Part shown: positions 10,436 to 21,728 of the stretch, one piece after another
Position numbering within the stretch: the first letter of the stretch is position 1
Layout of the letters: each line of letters opens with the position of its first letter
Sequence record: NZ_CP024444.1
Strand: one strand, 5' to 3'
From: a plasmid
Length of the DNA stretch: 64,000 nt
The notes under the pieces: generated by a model
Seen by the model: only the letters and a program-made list of their open reading frames with translations
The model's database searches: none
Told to the model about the DNA's origin: nothing
Position numbers and translations under genes: made by a program

Positions 10436-11770
10436 TTATTTTTCTGGTATTACATCACTATGCTTTTGTCTAATCTTTCGCATTGTCCACCAAATAGAAA
10501 ACATCACTAACGGTACTAATATCGCAATTGTGAATTCAGGCGCTGCTATATCATGAACTGAAGGTATACCTTTCACTAAATATGCAAGTAAACTAACAAC
10601 ATAATAAGAAATCGCAGCAACGGATAAACCCTCTACCGTTTGTTGAAGGTGTAATTGTTGTCTAGCACGATTATTCATTGATGTGAGCAAATCTCGATTT
10701 TGACGCTCTAACTCAACATCGATCCATGAACGCAAAAGAGAAATAGCACGTGTTAATTTTTCAGAAAGAGTAGCTTGGCGTTCTTTAACAGATTGACATG
10801 TCCTCATCGCTGGAGCGATACGACGCTCAAGAAAGTCGTGCCATGTGCAATATCCAGATATAGACTTTTCTGAAAGTCTATTCAAACGTTCTTCAACGAG
10901 TTCATAATAAGCACGACTGGCGCCAAATCGGTAAAGATTCGCTGCCACATTGGCTTCTAGTTCAGTTGCAAGCGTCGTAAGTTCAAATAGCAGTACATCA
11001 TTATCACGTCTTAATTCTGTTCCTTTATTCATTTCATCAGTGATCGCGGCAAGCCGTAGCTCCATCTGACGTAGTTCAAAGGTCATTGTTCGAATTAATG
11101 GCAAAGCAAGTAATGCCAATGTTCGATATGTTTCAATCTCTAATAAACTTTGAGCAAGTGCGCCTGCACGAGCCTCTGTCAAACCACGATCAAGAATAAG
11201 AATCCGGGTCAGACCGTCATTATCTTGTCTGAAATCAGTCAAAATAGCTGCTGTTTCATTTTCTACTAGTGAATAGCACAAACTGACTGTATCAAAACGA
11301 TTTACCAATTTTTCAGATTCAGTAGCCCATGGCAATACTTGCAAGCAGATACCTGAGATAATTTCACCTGGTGGAACAAAGCCATTTTTAAATGGATCTT
11401 CACCTTTAGGCAATCCCGTTGGTACATCTAGTTCTGCACACCAAAGATATGTGGAAAATTCTGTGTGTTTTTCACAATGCAAATTTCCTTCATCCCAAGT
11501 CAAACCATGAAGTGGTGATTCTTCTTTTTGAGTTTTTTTCAAGCCAAAGCGATCTGATAGTTCATCCAGCGCAATTTGGTCCTTGCTTGGATCTCCCTCT
11601 GTCAAGAAAGCTAACTGCAATAAGTTTCGTGGAGCTTGTATTAATAAAGGTGGACGGGCATGTACCTCTCCCACAGCCCTCACTCGATCTGCATGTGCTG
11701 GCATACCATATACAAATGCAGTCGAGGAAGTTTGTGGGGTCGTTTTGATAGCGGGTTCTTCTTTCATCAC
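10436..11770 (-). CDS. hypothetical membrane-anchored protein embedded in the formaldehyde-detoxification cluster
   Basis: 444 aa with two C-terminal transmembrane helices. It sits between gfa and fghA on the same strand, and I recognise no family. Confidence 0.5.
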   Translation of the reverse strand: MMKEEPAIKTTPQTSSTAFVYGMPAHADRVRAVGEVHARPPLLIQAPRNLLQLAFLTEGDPSKDQIALDELSDRFGLKKTQKEESPLHGLTWDEGNLHCEKHTEFSTYLWCAELDVPTGLPKGEDPFKNGFVPPGEIISGICLQVLPWATESEKLVNRFDTVSLCYSLVENETAAILTDFRQDNDGLTRILILDRGLTEARAGALAQSLLEIETYRTLALLALPLIRTMTFELRQMELRLAAITDEMNKGTELRRDNDVLLFELTTLATELEANVAANLYRFGASRAYYELVEERLNRLSEKSISGYCTWHDFLERRIAPAMRTCQSVKERQATLSEKLTRAISLLRSWIDVELERQNRDLLTSMNNRARQQLHLQQTVEGLSVAAISYYVVSLLAYLVKGIPSVHDIAAPEFTIAILVPLVMFSIWWTMRKIRQKHSDVIPEK

Positions 11771-11801
11771 GACCTCAGTTTTTCAAGTTTAATAAAGAGA
11801 A

Positions 11802-12380
11802 TTAAGCTTCTTTATACGTTCCTTTCTGCTTAGCTGAATGTGTAGCTAAAGCATCCATTAAGCCCGGTGACAAACAATCATAAGGTTCAAGTTTAAGTTC
11901 ACGTAAACGATTGCGGATAGCATCCATATTTGATGGAGGAGTTCCACTTTCAATCACAGACGAAACAAAAGCTGCAAAACCAGGAGCAGACCATCCTTCT
12001 TGTGGAGAAAGCTCCGTATGAACAAAGTCTAAACCGTAGAATGCATGATCTTTATTTTCGATACGACCAAAAAGGTGCGCTCCACATTCACGACATGCGT
12101 GACGTTGAATTGCAGCATTCTCATCAACAATATGAAGCTTTTGTGGATTTGCTACAACGCTTACTTTGTCACGTGGTACAACTGCAATTACAGCGAACGT
12201 AGCACCTTCTGGTTTCCAGCATTTAGTACATCCACAAGCATGGTTATGCAATGTTTGAGCACCAACCTCAACTTGAACTTTATCCGTTGAGCATAGACAT
12301 TCTAAGATTCCACCGTCGAAGTTTTCTTGGCTTGGACGGATCCCATGATCAAGAGAAGGGTGTATATGAATTTCGCTCAT
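11802..12380 (-). CDS. gfa: glutathione-dependent formaldehyde-activating enzyme (S-hydroxymethylglutathione synthase)
   Basis: The Cys-rich Gfa fold (CLCS...CGCTKC...CRECG) is present. I moved the start to MSEIHIHP at 12380, which has an RBS. The ORF track extends it 15 codons further upstream. Confidence 0.8.
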   Translation of the reverse strand: MSEIHIHPSLDHGIRPSQENFDGGILECLCSTDKVQVEVGAQTLHNHACGCTKCWKPEGATFAVIAVVPRDKVSVVANPQKLHIVDENAAIQRHACRECGAHLFGRIENKDHAFYGLDFVHTELSPQEGWSAPGFAAFVSSVIESGTPPSNMDAIRNRLRELKLEPYDCLSPGLMDALATHSAKQKGTYKEA

Positions 12381-12455
12381 TTTACTTTCCTTAAGATGAA
12401 TTGATCGACATGGTGTGAAATTCACACCATGGATTTTTAATATGAGATTAGTTAA

Positions 12456-13577
<1,122 letters not shown>

Positions 13578-13623
13578 TTAGACCAAATGTAGTTTTTGGC
13601 ACCGAACATCAAGTCGGTGCTGA

Positions 13624-13899
13624 TTAACGAAGATACGATCTAACGATAGAAATAGTTTCGTCAATTGACTTTCTTTGAGAGTTAGTTCTAGTTTCATTAT
13701 CTGGAAATTCTTCTCGCAAATAACTTTCTAGTACAACCGCCATTAAACCATTTACAGCCCCACGGACTGCGGCTAGCTGATGAAGAATTACACCACACTC
13801 AGTACCTTCATCAAGTGCCTGCTCAAGAGCAGCGACTTGTCCTTTGATACGTCTAACACGAGTAAGCGCTTGTTTCTTCTCACGATCATTGTATGGCAT
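13624..13899 (-). CDS. frmR: FrmR-type formaldehyde-responsive repressor (CsoR/RcnR family)
   Basis: 91 aa reading ...RVRRIKGQVAALEQALDEGTECGVILHQLAAVRGAVNGL, the CsoR/RcnR/FrmR helix bundle. It is the first gene of the operon. Confidence 0.85.
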   Translation of the reverse strand: MPYNDREKKQALTRVRRIKGQVAALEQALDEGTECGVILHQLAAVRGAVNGLMAVVLESYLREEFPDNETRTNSQRKSIDETISIVRSYLR

Positions 13900-14109
13900 A
13901 TATTCAACCTTCTCTCATTTAGATTTAGTCATCATACTATACTCTCTTATCGTTAAACTCATAATACTATACCCCCCCATGGTATAAAAGGGGTAAATTA
14001 AAAATAATTAATATTTTTTGAAGAAAATTATCTTTTAGTTATACTATTGCTTTGCATAATTAATTTAATATTATTAAAAATCAGTAATTTAGTAAAAAAA
14101 TATTAAAAA

Positions 14110-15359
14110 GAAACCTTTGCACGAATAAACACACAAAAGTTCATTAAATTGGTATAATACAATAAAATCAATCACCTAGCAAAAAACACGACTATGGCAT
14201 GGAAACAAACAGGGCAACTCTCCCTAGCAGACAGTCTCATTAACGCTCACAAAGCCATCGAAGAATTAGATGAACTACACAACCTAATTGACTGGCAAAC
14301 TATCGAGCAAACCTTACGCCACGTTCATAGCAGTGAGCGTGGGGAATCTGCCTTTCACCCTGTCATCATGTTTAAAGTATTACTCTTACAAAAACTCTAT
14401 AACCTATCGGATCCAGCCATGGAAAAACAACTGGCACGAGACTTACTATTTCGTCGCTTTGTTGGCCTATCATTAACGGATGATGTACCCGACCATAGCA
14501 CCATTTGGCGATACCACAAACACCTAGGTGAGCTTAGACTGATTGAACCATTGTTCAACCAAATCAATGAGCAACTAGCCCAACAAAACATTTTTATCAA
14601 AGCGGGCAGTGTCAGCATCATCGATGCCAGTATCGTTGAAGCTAAAAACAAACGACCTAAGAAAGGCAAACACACCGACAATACCCAAGATAACGAAGCC
14701 GCCTATGTCAGTAAAAAAGACAGTACAGGTAAAGTAAAAACCACCTACGGCTTTAAAATTCATCTCAACTGTGATGAAGACAGCTTTGTCAAAAAGGTTG
14801 AAACTACCCCTGCCAATGTCCATGATTCCCAATGTTTTACCACGCTGTTAACAGATGATGAATCAGCCGTGTATGCTGACAGTGCGTATAAAAGCCAAGC
14901 CCATGATGACTACCTTGCCGAGCATGAACCACCGATAAAAAATCATATTCATGATAGAGCATGGCGCAATACACCCTTAACCGAACAGCAAAAACGCAAT
15001 AATACCCAAAAGAGCCAAACTAGAAACACCGTTGAGCGGGTCTTTGGACATTTTAAACTGCATTATGGGATGAGCAAAGCTCGTCATTTAGGGTTAATGC
15101 AATTTCATACCAGCACTTTGCTTGCAAGCATGGTGCATAATTTAAAAACTGCCCTAAGCTTGAAACGAAAATACGGACTCGCCTAGGGTTATTGTGTCTG
15201 TTGGTTAGTAAGCTCAGCCAATAGACACAAATTTAACAACCATTTGGAGATTTTATCCATGATTTAGCCATTGTTTTGCTTATTTCATTGCCATTCTTTG
15301 TTTTTTTTCGGTTTGGTGGTATGCCTCGAGCAAAGGGGCTGTTTCGTGCAAAGGTCTCA
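14110..15359 (+). mobile_element. IS5-family insertion sequence
   Basis: Inverted repeats GAAACCTTTGCACGAA at 14110-14125 and TTCGTGCAAAGGTCTC at 15344-15359 match 15 of 16 positions. They enclose a 330-aa IS5-type DDE transposase. Confidence 0.7.
14194..15186 (+). CDS. IS5-family DDE transposase
   Basis: 330 aa reading MAWKQTGQLSLADSLINAHK...ESAFHPVIMFKVLLLQKLYNLSD, which is typical of IS5/IS1182-like transposases. Confidence 0.75.
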   Translation: MAWKQTGQLSLADSLINAHKAIEELDELHNLIDWQTIEQTLRHVHSSERGESAFHPVIMFKVLLLQKLYNLSDPAMEKQLARDLLFRRFVGLSLTDDVPDHSTIWRYHKHLGELRLIEPLFNQINEQLAQQNIFIKAGSVSIIDASIVEAKNKRPKKGKHTDNTQDNEAAYVSKKDSTGKVKTTYGFKIHLNCDEDSFVKKVETTPANVHDSQCFTTLLTDDESAVYADSAYKSQAHDDYLAEHEPPIKNHIHDRAWRNTPLTEQQKRNNTQKSQTRNTVERVFGHFKLHYGMSKARHLGLMQFHTSTLLASMVHNLKTALSLKRKYGLA

Positions 15360-15628
15360 AAAATATATTTTTTAAAAAAAAGAAAATTTATATTAAATAT
15401 TCTTATATTAACACTTCTGTATATCAAATTATCTTTTAGCAAAAACACGCTTAAAAAATAAATAAATTAAATCAATAATTTATGTTAAAGTAAAAAAAAC
15501 CTAGTAATCAAACCGATTGTTAGAAAAGAATATTTCAATTGTTTAAATTAAAATCAATTAAAATAAAACCATGATACAAATTAATCTATCGAATTTACTT
15601 AATCATTTTCTTTTTAACTAGTATGCAT

Positions 15629-17200
15629 TCAACTTGAATAATTCTTCATAAACAAATTAAAATCCATGACTTGCTGCTGCTCTAACACTTCTTGCTCAAG
15701 AAGAGACTTTTGTGCAACTGATTCAAAAAATTGTTTACGCTCATCCGTCAAAACCTGTTTCGAAAAGTTATTCAAATGTTGCTGGCATTGATGTAAAGCG
15801 AAGTCATTAAAACCTATATTATGTTGAAACATATATGTTAAGACCTTAGAGGATGGCGTTAAGAATGAATTCTCAATTTTAGCCTGTTGAGCATATATAG
15901 CTTCTTTATGTTTATTAATATCATTTGCATGATCGAGTAAATTAGCTAGAGGTCTAATATTAGCCAACAACTCTTGAGCCCAATCATACATAGCAATTGA
16001 ACTATCTCCATTTTGGAGTTCTAAATTTGGCTTTCGCCCCTTTTCAGCCACAAGGTGAAAGTTATTATTCGCCTGATTAAGGCTATCTTGACTTAATGAT
16101 GGGCTTTTATATAAAGCACAAAATAATAAAAATGCATCCAAAAAGTAAGCTTGCTCTAAATCAATTCCTAACGAAGAAAAAGGATTAATGTCCAAACAAC
16201 GTATCTCGACATACTGTACCCCACGTGCATTTAATGCATGAAGCACACGCTCACCAGAATATGGAACTCGTTTTGGTCTAATATTTGAATAATATTCATT
16301 TTCTATTTGCAAAATATTAGTATTAAGTTGCACCCATTCGTTATTTTTATGGGTACCAATATTCGTATACAAGGGGTAAGGTGTTTCTAAAGCCTCTTTT
16401 ATACTATGAATGTATGAATTGAGACTATCAAAACAAGGAGAGATAGTAGATTGTGCACTACTTTGATAACCAATCTTACTCATTCGAAGACTAGTCGCAT
16501 AAGGCAAGTAGTAAGTGTCATTATCAAATTTTTTAAATTGATCTAAGTTTTTTTTTAAAAAATTTGAATTAACCGCTGGGGATGCTCCGAATAGATAAAT
16601 CAATAGCCAACTATAACGGTGAAAATTTCGTATCATATCCATATAAATTGATGACCGATCTTTATTTTCGAAAGTAGTTATATTATCTAGTTGGTATAAA
16701 AGCTGAATTAATTGCTCAGGTAATGAAAAATTATAGTGAATACCTGCTATACATTGCATGGCCCTACCATATCGAAGAGCTAATCCTTTTCGATAAACGT
16801 GTTTAAACTTACCAATATTTGAATTGCCATACTCAGCTATAGGAATCCTTTCTTCTTCTGGCAAAAGAGAAGGCATTGATGAACTCCAAAGGTATTCATT
16901 ATTTAGTTTTGTATAAACAAAACGATGAATATCATTAAGTTCTGCAAGGACCTCTGAAGCACTCAAACAAGGTGGCGTAACAAATTCCATTAATGATTCG
17001 GAATAGTCTGTAGTAATAAACTCATTTGTCAAAGCTGATCCTAGTGTTTTTGGATGCGGTGTAAGCACCAAATTCCCATTCTTCGTTACACGCAAACATT
17101 CACGTTCTATCCCTCGCAAACACATAGTCAATAAAGGTAAATTTTCACCTAGAATATTTAGACGATGAGTATAGTGTTCATCAAATATTAATTTATCCAT
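15629..17200 (-). CDS. gshA: glutamate--cysteine ligase (proteobacterial GshA type)
   Basis: 523 aa. The motif ERECLRV...HPKTLGSALTNEFITTDYSESLMEFVTPP matches the GshA N-terminus. It sits in an AT-rich island with atypical codon usage. Confidence 0.85.
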   Translation of the reverse strand: MDKLIFDEHYTHRLNILGENLPLLTMCLRGIERECLRVTKNGNLVLTPHPKTLGSALTNEFITTDYSESLMEFVTPPCLSASEVLAELNDIHRFVYTKLNNEYLWSSSMPSLLPEEERIPIAEYGNSNIGKFKHVYRKGLALRYGRAMQCIAGIHYNFSLPEQLIQLLYQLDNITTFENKDRSSIYMDMIRNFHRYSWLLIYLFGASPAVNSNFLKKNLDQFKKFDNDTYYLPYATSLRMSKIGYQSSAQSTISPCFDSLNSYIHSIKEALETPYPLYTNIGTHKNNEWVQLNTNILQIENEYYSNIRPKRVPYSGERVLHALNARGVQYVEIRCLDINPFSSLGIDLEQAYFLDAFLLFCALYKSPSLSQDSLNQANNNFHLVAEKGRKPNLELQNGDSSIAMYDWAQELLANIRPLANLLDHANDINKHKEAIYAQQAKIENSFLTPSSKVLTYMFQHNIGFNDFALHQCQQHLNNFSKQVLTDERKQFFESVAQKSLLEQEVLEQQQVMDFNLFMKNYSS

Positions 17201-17222
17201 ATATCAAACCTTACATTCAAAG

Positions 17223-17993
17223 TTAATGTGCACCATGAACTACCCTATTAATTAAAGTTACTATAAGAATTCCTATAAAAAGCCAAAGAATTTGGATAAT
17301 GGTATCTTTAGTTGTCCAACGCTGTTGTAATTGAGGAATTAGATCTGATAAAGACACATAAATAAAACTACTACTAGCCAAAATCATAAGGAAAGGTTGC
17401 CATTGCTGTAATCCGGCCAGTAGAAAATATCCACTTAATCCACCTAAAGCTGTCATTGCACCAGCCATAGTAAGCTTTAGTACAGCAGCACTACGATGAT
17501 TTTTCTGCCTAAGAACTACCAAATCACCCATATGATGAGGTACTTCATGTACAAGAACCGAAGCAGCTGCAATCAGCCCAAGATGTATGTCAACAATGAA
17601 AATTGAAGCAATCAAAATACCATCACCAAAACAATGGACTCCATCACCCAATAATAGTGACCAACCATTAGTTGTATGTGGCTCATGTGAATGATTATGC
17701 TCATGTCCGTGATGCCACAATTCAGCTTTATTAAGTAGAAAAAAGAAAACTAAACCAATTAGAAGTGCTAAAAAAAGTTGATGTGTATCTATATTGCTTT
17801 CAAAAGCCTCTGGTAACAAATGTGTAAAACTTGTTGCTAATAACGCACCAGCTGCTAGACCTAAAAAGCCTTGTTGTACATAACTATCTTGATTGTTAAT
17901 AGCTGCCCCAGCTCTCGTTACCAATAAGTCTGCGATCAAAACGCTACCTATTCCTACGACCAGAGTGACTAGGGTAATAATGAAAAGTGACAT
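17223..17993 (-). CDS. zupT: ZIP-family divalent metal transporter (ZupT-like)
   Basis: 256 aa and polytopic, with a His-rich loop (HGHEHNHSHEPH) and the ZIP signature HEVPHHMGD. Confidence 0.7.
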   Translation of the reverse strand: MSLFIITLVTLVVGIGSVLIADLLVTRAGAAINNQDSYVQQGFLGLAAGALLATSFTHLLPEAFESNIDTHQLFLALLIGLVFFFLLNKAELWHHGHEHNHSHEPHTTNGWSLLLGDGVHCFGDGILIASIFIVDIHLGLIAAASVLVHEVPHHMGDLVVLRQKNHRSAAVLKLTMAGAMTALGGLSGYFLLAGLQQWQPFLMILASSSFIYVSLSDLIPQLQQRWTTKDTIIQILWLFIGILIVTLINRVVHGAH

Positions 17994-18308
17994 AGATTTA
18001 ATACATACCTAGTAGACAATCATTTTTAACTAATCGCATATACAAGCCGAAATTCGTTCGATACAACATCAAATTTGTAGATGTTGTATTAAGCAATCTA
18101 ATATACTATACCCACCTATAGTATAAAAGGGATTTTATAAAAAAGTTTAAGCCACTCAACAATTAATAGGAAATTATTTTAAATTCAATTAAATAGATAC
18201 AAAAATCATGACATTCTTAATCAAATCTAGTCTATTGAGAAATTTTTATTTTTTACATTATACAAAAGAGCCTAAACAAAGGCCCTTTCATCACTATTCT
18301 CTGAGCTC

Positions 18309-18416
18309 TTAGTATGCTAATTGAATTAAGAATCTAAAAATTCCTGCAATAACCGCTAATGTAACTACACCAATTACCCAAAGTAAGATAAACCATCCTG
18401 TCTGTGAAAGTTTCAT
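18309..18416 (-). CDS. cydX: cytochrome bd oxidase small subunit CydX-like peptide (35 aa)
   Basis: This ORF is not in the track. ATG at 18414-18416, stop at 18309-18311, peptide MKLSQTGWFILLWVIGVVTLAVIAGIFRFLIQLAY with a single transmembrane helix. It lies 8 nt downstream of cydB on the same strand. Confidence 0.5.
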   Translation of the reverse strand: MKLSQTGWFILLWVIGVVTLAVIAGIFRFLIQLAY

Positions 18417-18424
18417 ACAAACTC

Positions 18425-19429
18425 CTAATGATAACCAGCATCACCAACACGAACTTTACCTTTAAAAATCCAATATGAAAAAATGGTATAAGTCAGAATA
18501 ATAGGAATGAGCAACAGTGCACCAATCAAAGCAAAAAGTTGACTATTCGCTGGGGCTGCAGCCTGCCAGATCGTTACTGAAGGTGGAATAATATAAGGCC
18601 ACAAACTAATTAAAAAACCTGTATAAGCAAGGAAGACTAAGCCTAACGTATAAATAAAAGGACTAAGTTCTTTCTTTTGTTTACATGCCCGTAAAGCCAT
18701 TCCCGTAAAAATAAGTACTAATACAGGAATTGGACTAAAGTACATTAACTGAGGCTGACTAAACCAGCGTTCAGCAATTTGCGGTTGTGAAAGTGGTGTA
18801 TAGATAGTAACTAATCCAAAAATAATAAATACTGAAATGATCAGTTTAGGCATCATTGAAAACATTTTTTCTTGAATTTCAGCATCAGTTTTATAAATTA
18901 ACCATCCACATCCTAAAGTTGCATACAGAACGACTACACCAATACCAGTAAACACAGAGAAAGGTGTCAACCAGTCCAACTGCCCACCAGCATAAACACC
19001 ATTTAAGGTTTTAATACCCTGAATATATGCACCTAGAACTACACCTTGAAGAAAACCTGCAAATACTGAACCACTAATAAAAGCTTTATCCCACAGATGC
19101 TTAGTACGGTTTGCTTTAAATCGGAATTCAAAAGCAACTCCACGAAATATTAATGCGATCACCATCAAAATAATCGGCATATAAAGTGCAGAAAGAACTG
19201 TTGAATAAACTAGCGGAAAGGCAGCAAAAAGCCCCGCCCCACCAAGCACCATCCAAGTTTCATTACCATCCCAGACCGGAGCAACGGTATTCATTAGCAC
19301 ATCTCGCTCATTGGAACCTTTAATGAAAGGAAATAAAATTCCGATACCTAAGTCAAACCCATCTAGAATGACATAAATCAATACACCAATTCCAATAATG
19401 ACAATCCAAATAAGAGATAAATCAATCAT
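18425..19429 (-). CDS. cydB: cytochrome bd ubiquinol oxidase subunit II
   Basis: 334 aa and polytopic, with CydB/CioB-type sequence. It overlaps the cydA remnant by 8 nt. Confidence 0.85.
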   Translation of the reverse strand: MIDLSLIWIVIIGIGVLIYVILDGFDLGIGILFPFIKGSNERDVLMNTVAPVWDGNETWMVLGGAGLFAAFPLVYSTVLSALYMPIILMVIALIFRGVAFEFRFKANRTKHLWDKAFISGSVFAGFLQGVVLGAYIQGIKTLNGVYAGGQLDWLTPFSVFTGIGVVVLYATLGCGWLIYKTDAEIQEKMFSMMPKLIISVFIIFGLVTIYTPLSQPQIAERWFSQPQLMYFSPIPVLVLIFTGMALRACKQKKELSPFIYTLGLVFLAYTGFLISLWPYIIPPSVTIWQAAAPANSQLFALIGALLLIPIILTYTIFSYWIFKGKVRVGDAGYH

Positions 19430-19898
19430 GGCGATTCTCCCGTATTGATTCTAGTTTATCTAAGCTTCCTTCAACCGCACTCATTGGTCGCATCGGTGTT
19501 TGACCAACATCAGCATGTTCGCCTGAATGTACACTTAAGAATTGCGGGCCTTTATGCATTAGCTTTAACATGTAATAAATGCCAATACCGAAAACTACAA
19601 AATAAACCAGAACAAAAATAATTAGAGTTATTCCAACTTGCGATGCGGATACGGGTGACAACGCATCTTTAGTACGAAGTACATTGTAAACAACCCAAGG
19701 TTGACGACCGACCTCTGTTGTAAACCAACCAGCTAGAAGAGCGATAAAACCTGACGGACCCATATATAATGCAAAACGTTGAAACCATTTACTTTCATAT
19801 AAACGGTCAGAACGACGCAGCCATAAGCCTAAGACGGCTAATAGCAGCATTAACATTCCCATACCAACCATGACACGGAAACTCCAAAAGATGATCAA
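19422..19898 (-). pseudogene. cydA: cytochrome bd oxidase subunit I, C-terminal fragment only (truncated by IS3-family insertion)
   Basis: The 158-aa ORF matches only the C-terminal helices of CydA. The N-terminal roughly 350 codons are missing, and an IS3-family left inverted repeat begins 20 bp upstream. Confidence 0.7.
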
Positions 19899-20011
19899 AG
19901 AATTCGGCCGATCTTCTGAACCGTCCTAGTTTTATCAGAGACAGGTTTACTTGAGTCAGGCAGCATAGCCTGACGGAATTAATGAACAATAGTACATATT
20001 TTCTGCATCTA

Positions 20012-21007
20012 CTACGAGCATAGCTCTCCGTCTTGCACTCGGGCGAAGCAGTGCTTCGCTAATCCTCGTTCAGGCGATACATATCCATTGGTAGAATGCA
20101 ATCGTTCATAGTTGTACCAGTGTACCCAATCAAGGGTTGCTAGCGCAACATCATTTACGCCATCCCATTCCTGTTTCAAATAATCAATCACCTCCGCTTT
20201 ATATAGCCCATTCACGCTTTCAGCTAGGGCATTATCTGAGCGAGGAAATAGCGAAGCACTGCTTCGCCCGGGTGCAAGACGTAGGGCTATGCCCGAAGTG
20301 GAGTCACCAGTTGTACCAACCGATGCAGCAAGCCCCGATTGTTTAAGCCGTTCACCGTACTTAATCGATAGATACTGACTACCTTTATCAGAATGATGAA
20401 TTACCCCGCTTGGTCTACCTCTAGCGTCTAAGGCTTGATTTAGGGCATCTAAGACCAGCTGAGTGTCCATATGATTCGATACTTTCCAACCCACAATAAC
20501 TCGCTTAAATACGTCAATCACAAAGGCAGTATAGACCCAACCTGATTTAGTTTTAATGTAGGTAAAATCAGCGACCTGAGGAGCACTGCTCCGCAAGAGT
20601 CTTTTCTTGTTTGGGGCATCGGCAGTAAAGTTGCGTTTAACAAGGTCATTCGGCTTGTCTTGGTCGTCTCTCTGCTTCGTGGTGATTTTGCCTTTGCCTC
20701 GCCATACGCCTTGTATGCCAAGCTGTTTCATTAAGCGTTCAACGGTGCAACGAGCAAGCTTTGGCAAACCCTCTTGTTTGAGCTTGTGCCAAACTTTACG
20801 AATGCCATAGCGACAGCCACTGGCTTGCCAAATCTGTTTGATTTGTGCCATGAGGTGTTTGTCGCTTTGTTTGCGTCGACTTTGCTTTTCTGGGTTGTCT
20901 TGTTCATCTTTGATGCGATAGTAGGTGGATGGGGCAATTGGCAGGATTTTGCAAATCGGCTCGACCCCATATTTTTCTTTTTCATCATCAATGAATTTGA
21001 CCATCAC
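20012..21007 (-). CDS. IS3-family transposase OrfB (DDE integrase core), possibly disrupted
   Basis: 331 aa with a DDE/rve core (HSDKGSQY...). The C-terminal region carries two inverted copies of a 30-bp palindrome-containing element at 20028-20058 and 20249-20280, which lengthen and alter the conserved end. Confidence 0.6.
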   Translation of the reverse strand: MMVKFIDDEKEKYGVEPICKILPIAPSTYYRIKDEQDNPEKQSRRKQSDKHLMAQIKQIWQASGCRYGIRKVWHKLKQEGLPKLARCTVERLMKQLGIQGVWRGKGKITTKQRDDQDKPNDLVKRNFTADAPNKKRLLRSSAPQVADFTYIKTKSGWVYTAFVIDVFKRVIVGWKVSNHMDTQLVLDALNQALDARGRPSGVIHHSDKGSQYLSIKYGERLKQSGLAASVGTTGDSTSGIALRLAPGRSSASLFPRSDNALAESVNGLYKAEVIDYLKQEWDGVNDVALATLDWVHWYNYERLHSTNGYVSPERGLAKHCFARVQDGELCS

Positions 21008-21321
21008 TTGGGTTTGCGGTCGAGCTCCGCCTGGGCTTCAATACCGGCTGCCTTGCGAATGATTTCGTTCGCTTGTTTGAGTTCTCTGATTTCTCGCTCA
21101 AGCTCAGCGATACGAGCCGCTTGGCTTTCAGTGCTTATAGTCACAGGATTTTGCTTAGCTAGGTGCTTTTGATGCCATGAGCGTAGGGTTTCAGGGGTAC
21201 ACCCGAATTTGGGGGCGATGGCTTGGATGGCCGCCCACAGTGAGGGATAATCTTTTTGTGATTCAATCAGTAATTCGACGGCTCTACTCTTAACTTCTGT
21301 TGGGTATTGTTTGCTTTTCAT
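21004..21321 (-). CDS. IS3-family transposase OrfA (HTH)
   Basis: 105 aa with an HTH domain and a leucine-zipper-like C-terminus, overlapping orfB. Confidence 0.7.
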   Translation of the reverse strand: MKSKQYPTEVKSRAVELLIESQKDYPSLWAAIQAIAPKFGCTPETLRSWHQKHLAKQNPVTISTESQAARIAELEREIRELKQANEIIRKAAGIEAQAELDRKPK

Positions 21322-21728
21322 AAGGGTATTGTCTCAGAGTTTTAGGTCTCCGACAATCCCGGGACGGTTCACTTTTGGTCGTCAAGTTTTAAAAGACTTA
21401 GTTTGTAAAAGCTCATTATTAGGAGATTTAGCTCTAAAGAAGAAAGTACATGAACACTTATTTAAGTTTTTAGAAAATACTATTAATTCTCTTTATAATC
21501 CAGATGCATATAAAGATAGTAGAATCGATATGGTATTTAAGGAAAAAGGCTTTACAATACGTAACAATATTTTAAGTTCAGATGTAAGACAAGATTTTAA
21601 TAAAAAAAATTTTTCTGACCCAATTCACAAAATTTTTAAAGATATTGGAATTTTTTAAAGTTATAGATGCAACTCTAACCTTATAACTTTAATTGTATAA
21701 GGTTAGTAGATAGCGCATTATATATTTA

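Larger units (their letters stand above)
19918..21382 (-). mobile_element. IS3-family insertion sequence (orfA/orfB)
   Basis: Terminal inverted repeats TGAACCGTCC at 19918 and GGACGGTTCA at about 21373-21382. orfA (HTH) and orfB (DDE) overlap. Confidence 0.7.

Noticed and set aside
21311-21658. 115-aa plus-strand ORF between the IS3 and the second IS982 copy
   Set aside because: Its start lies inside the IS3 element and only the distal AT-rich part is outside. At best it is a remnant of a gene truncated by the IS, and I recognise no family.
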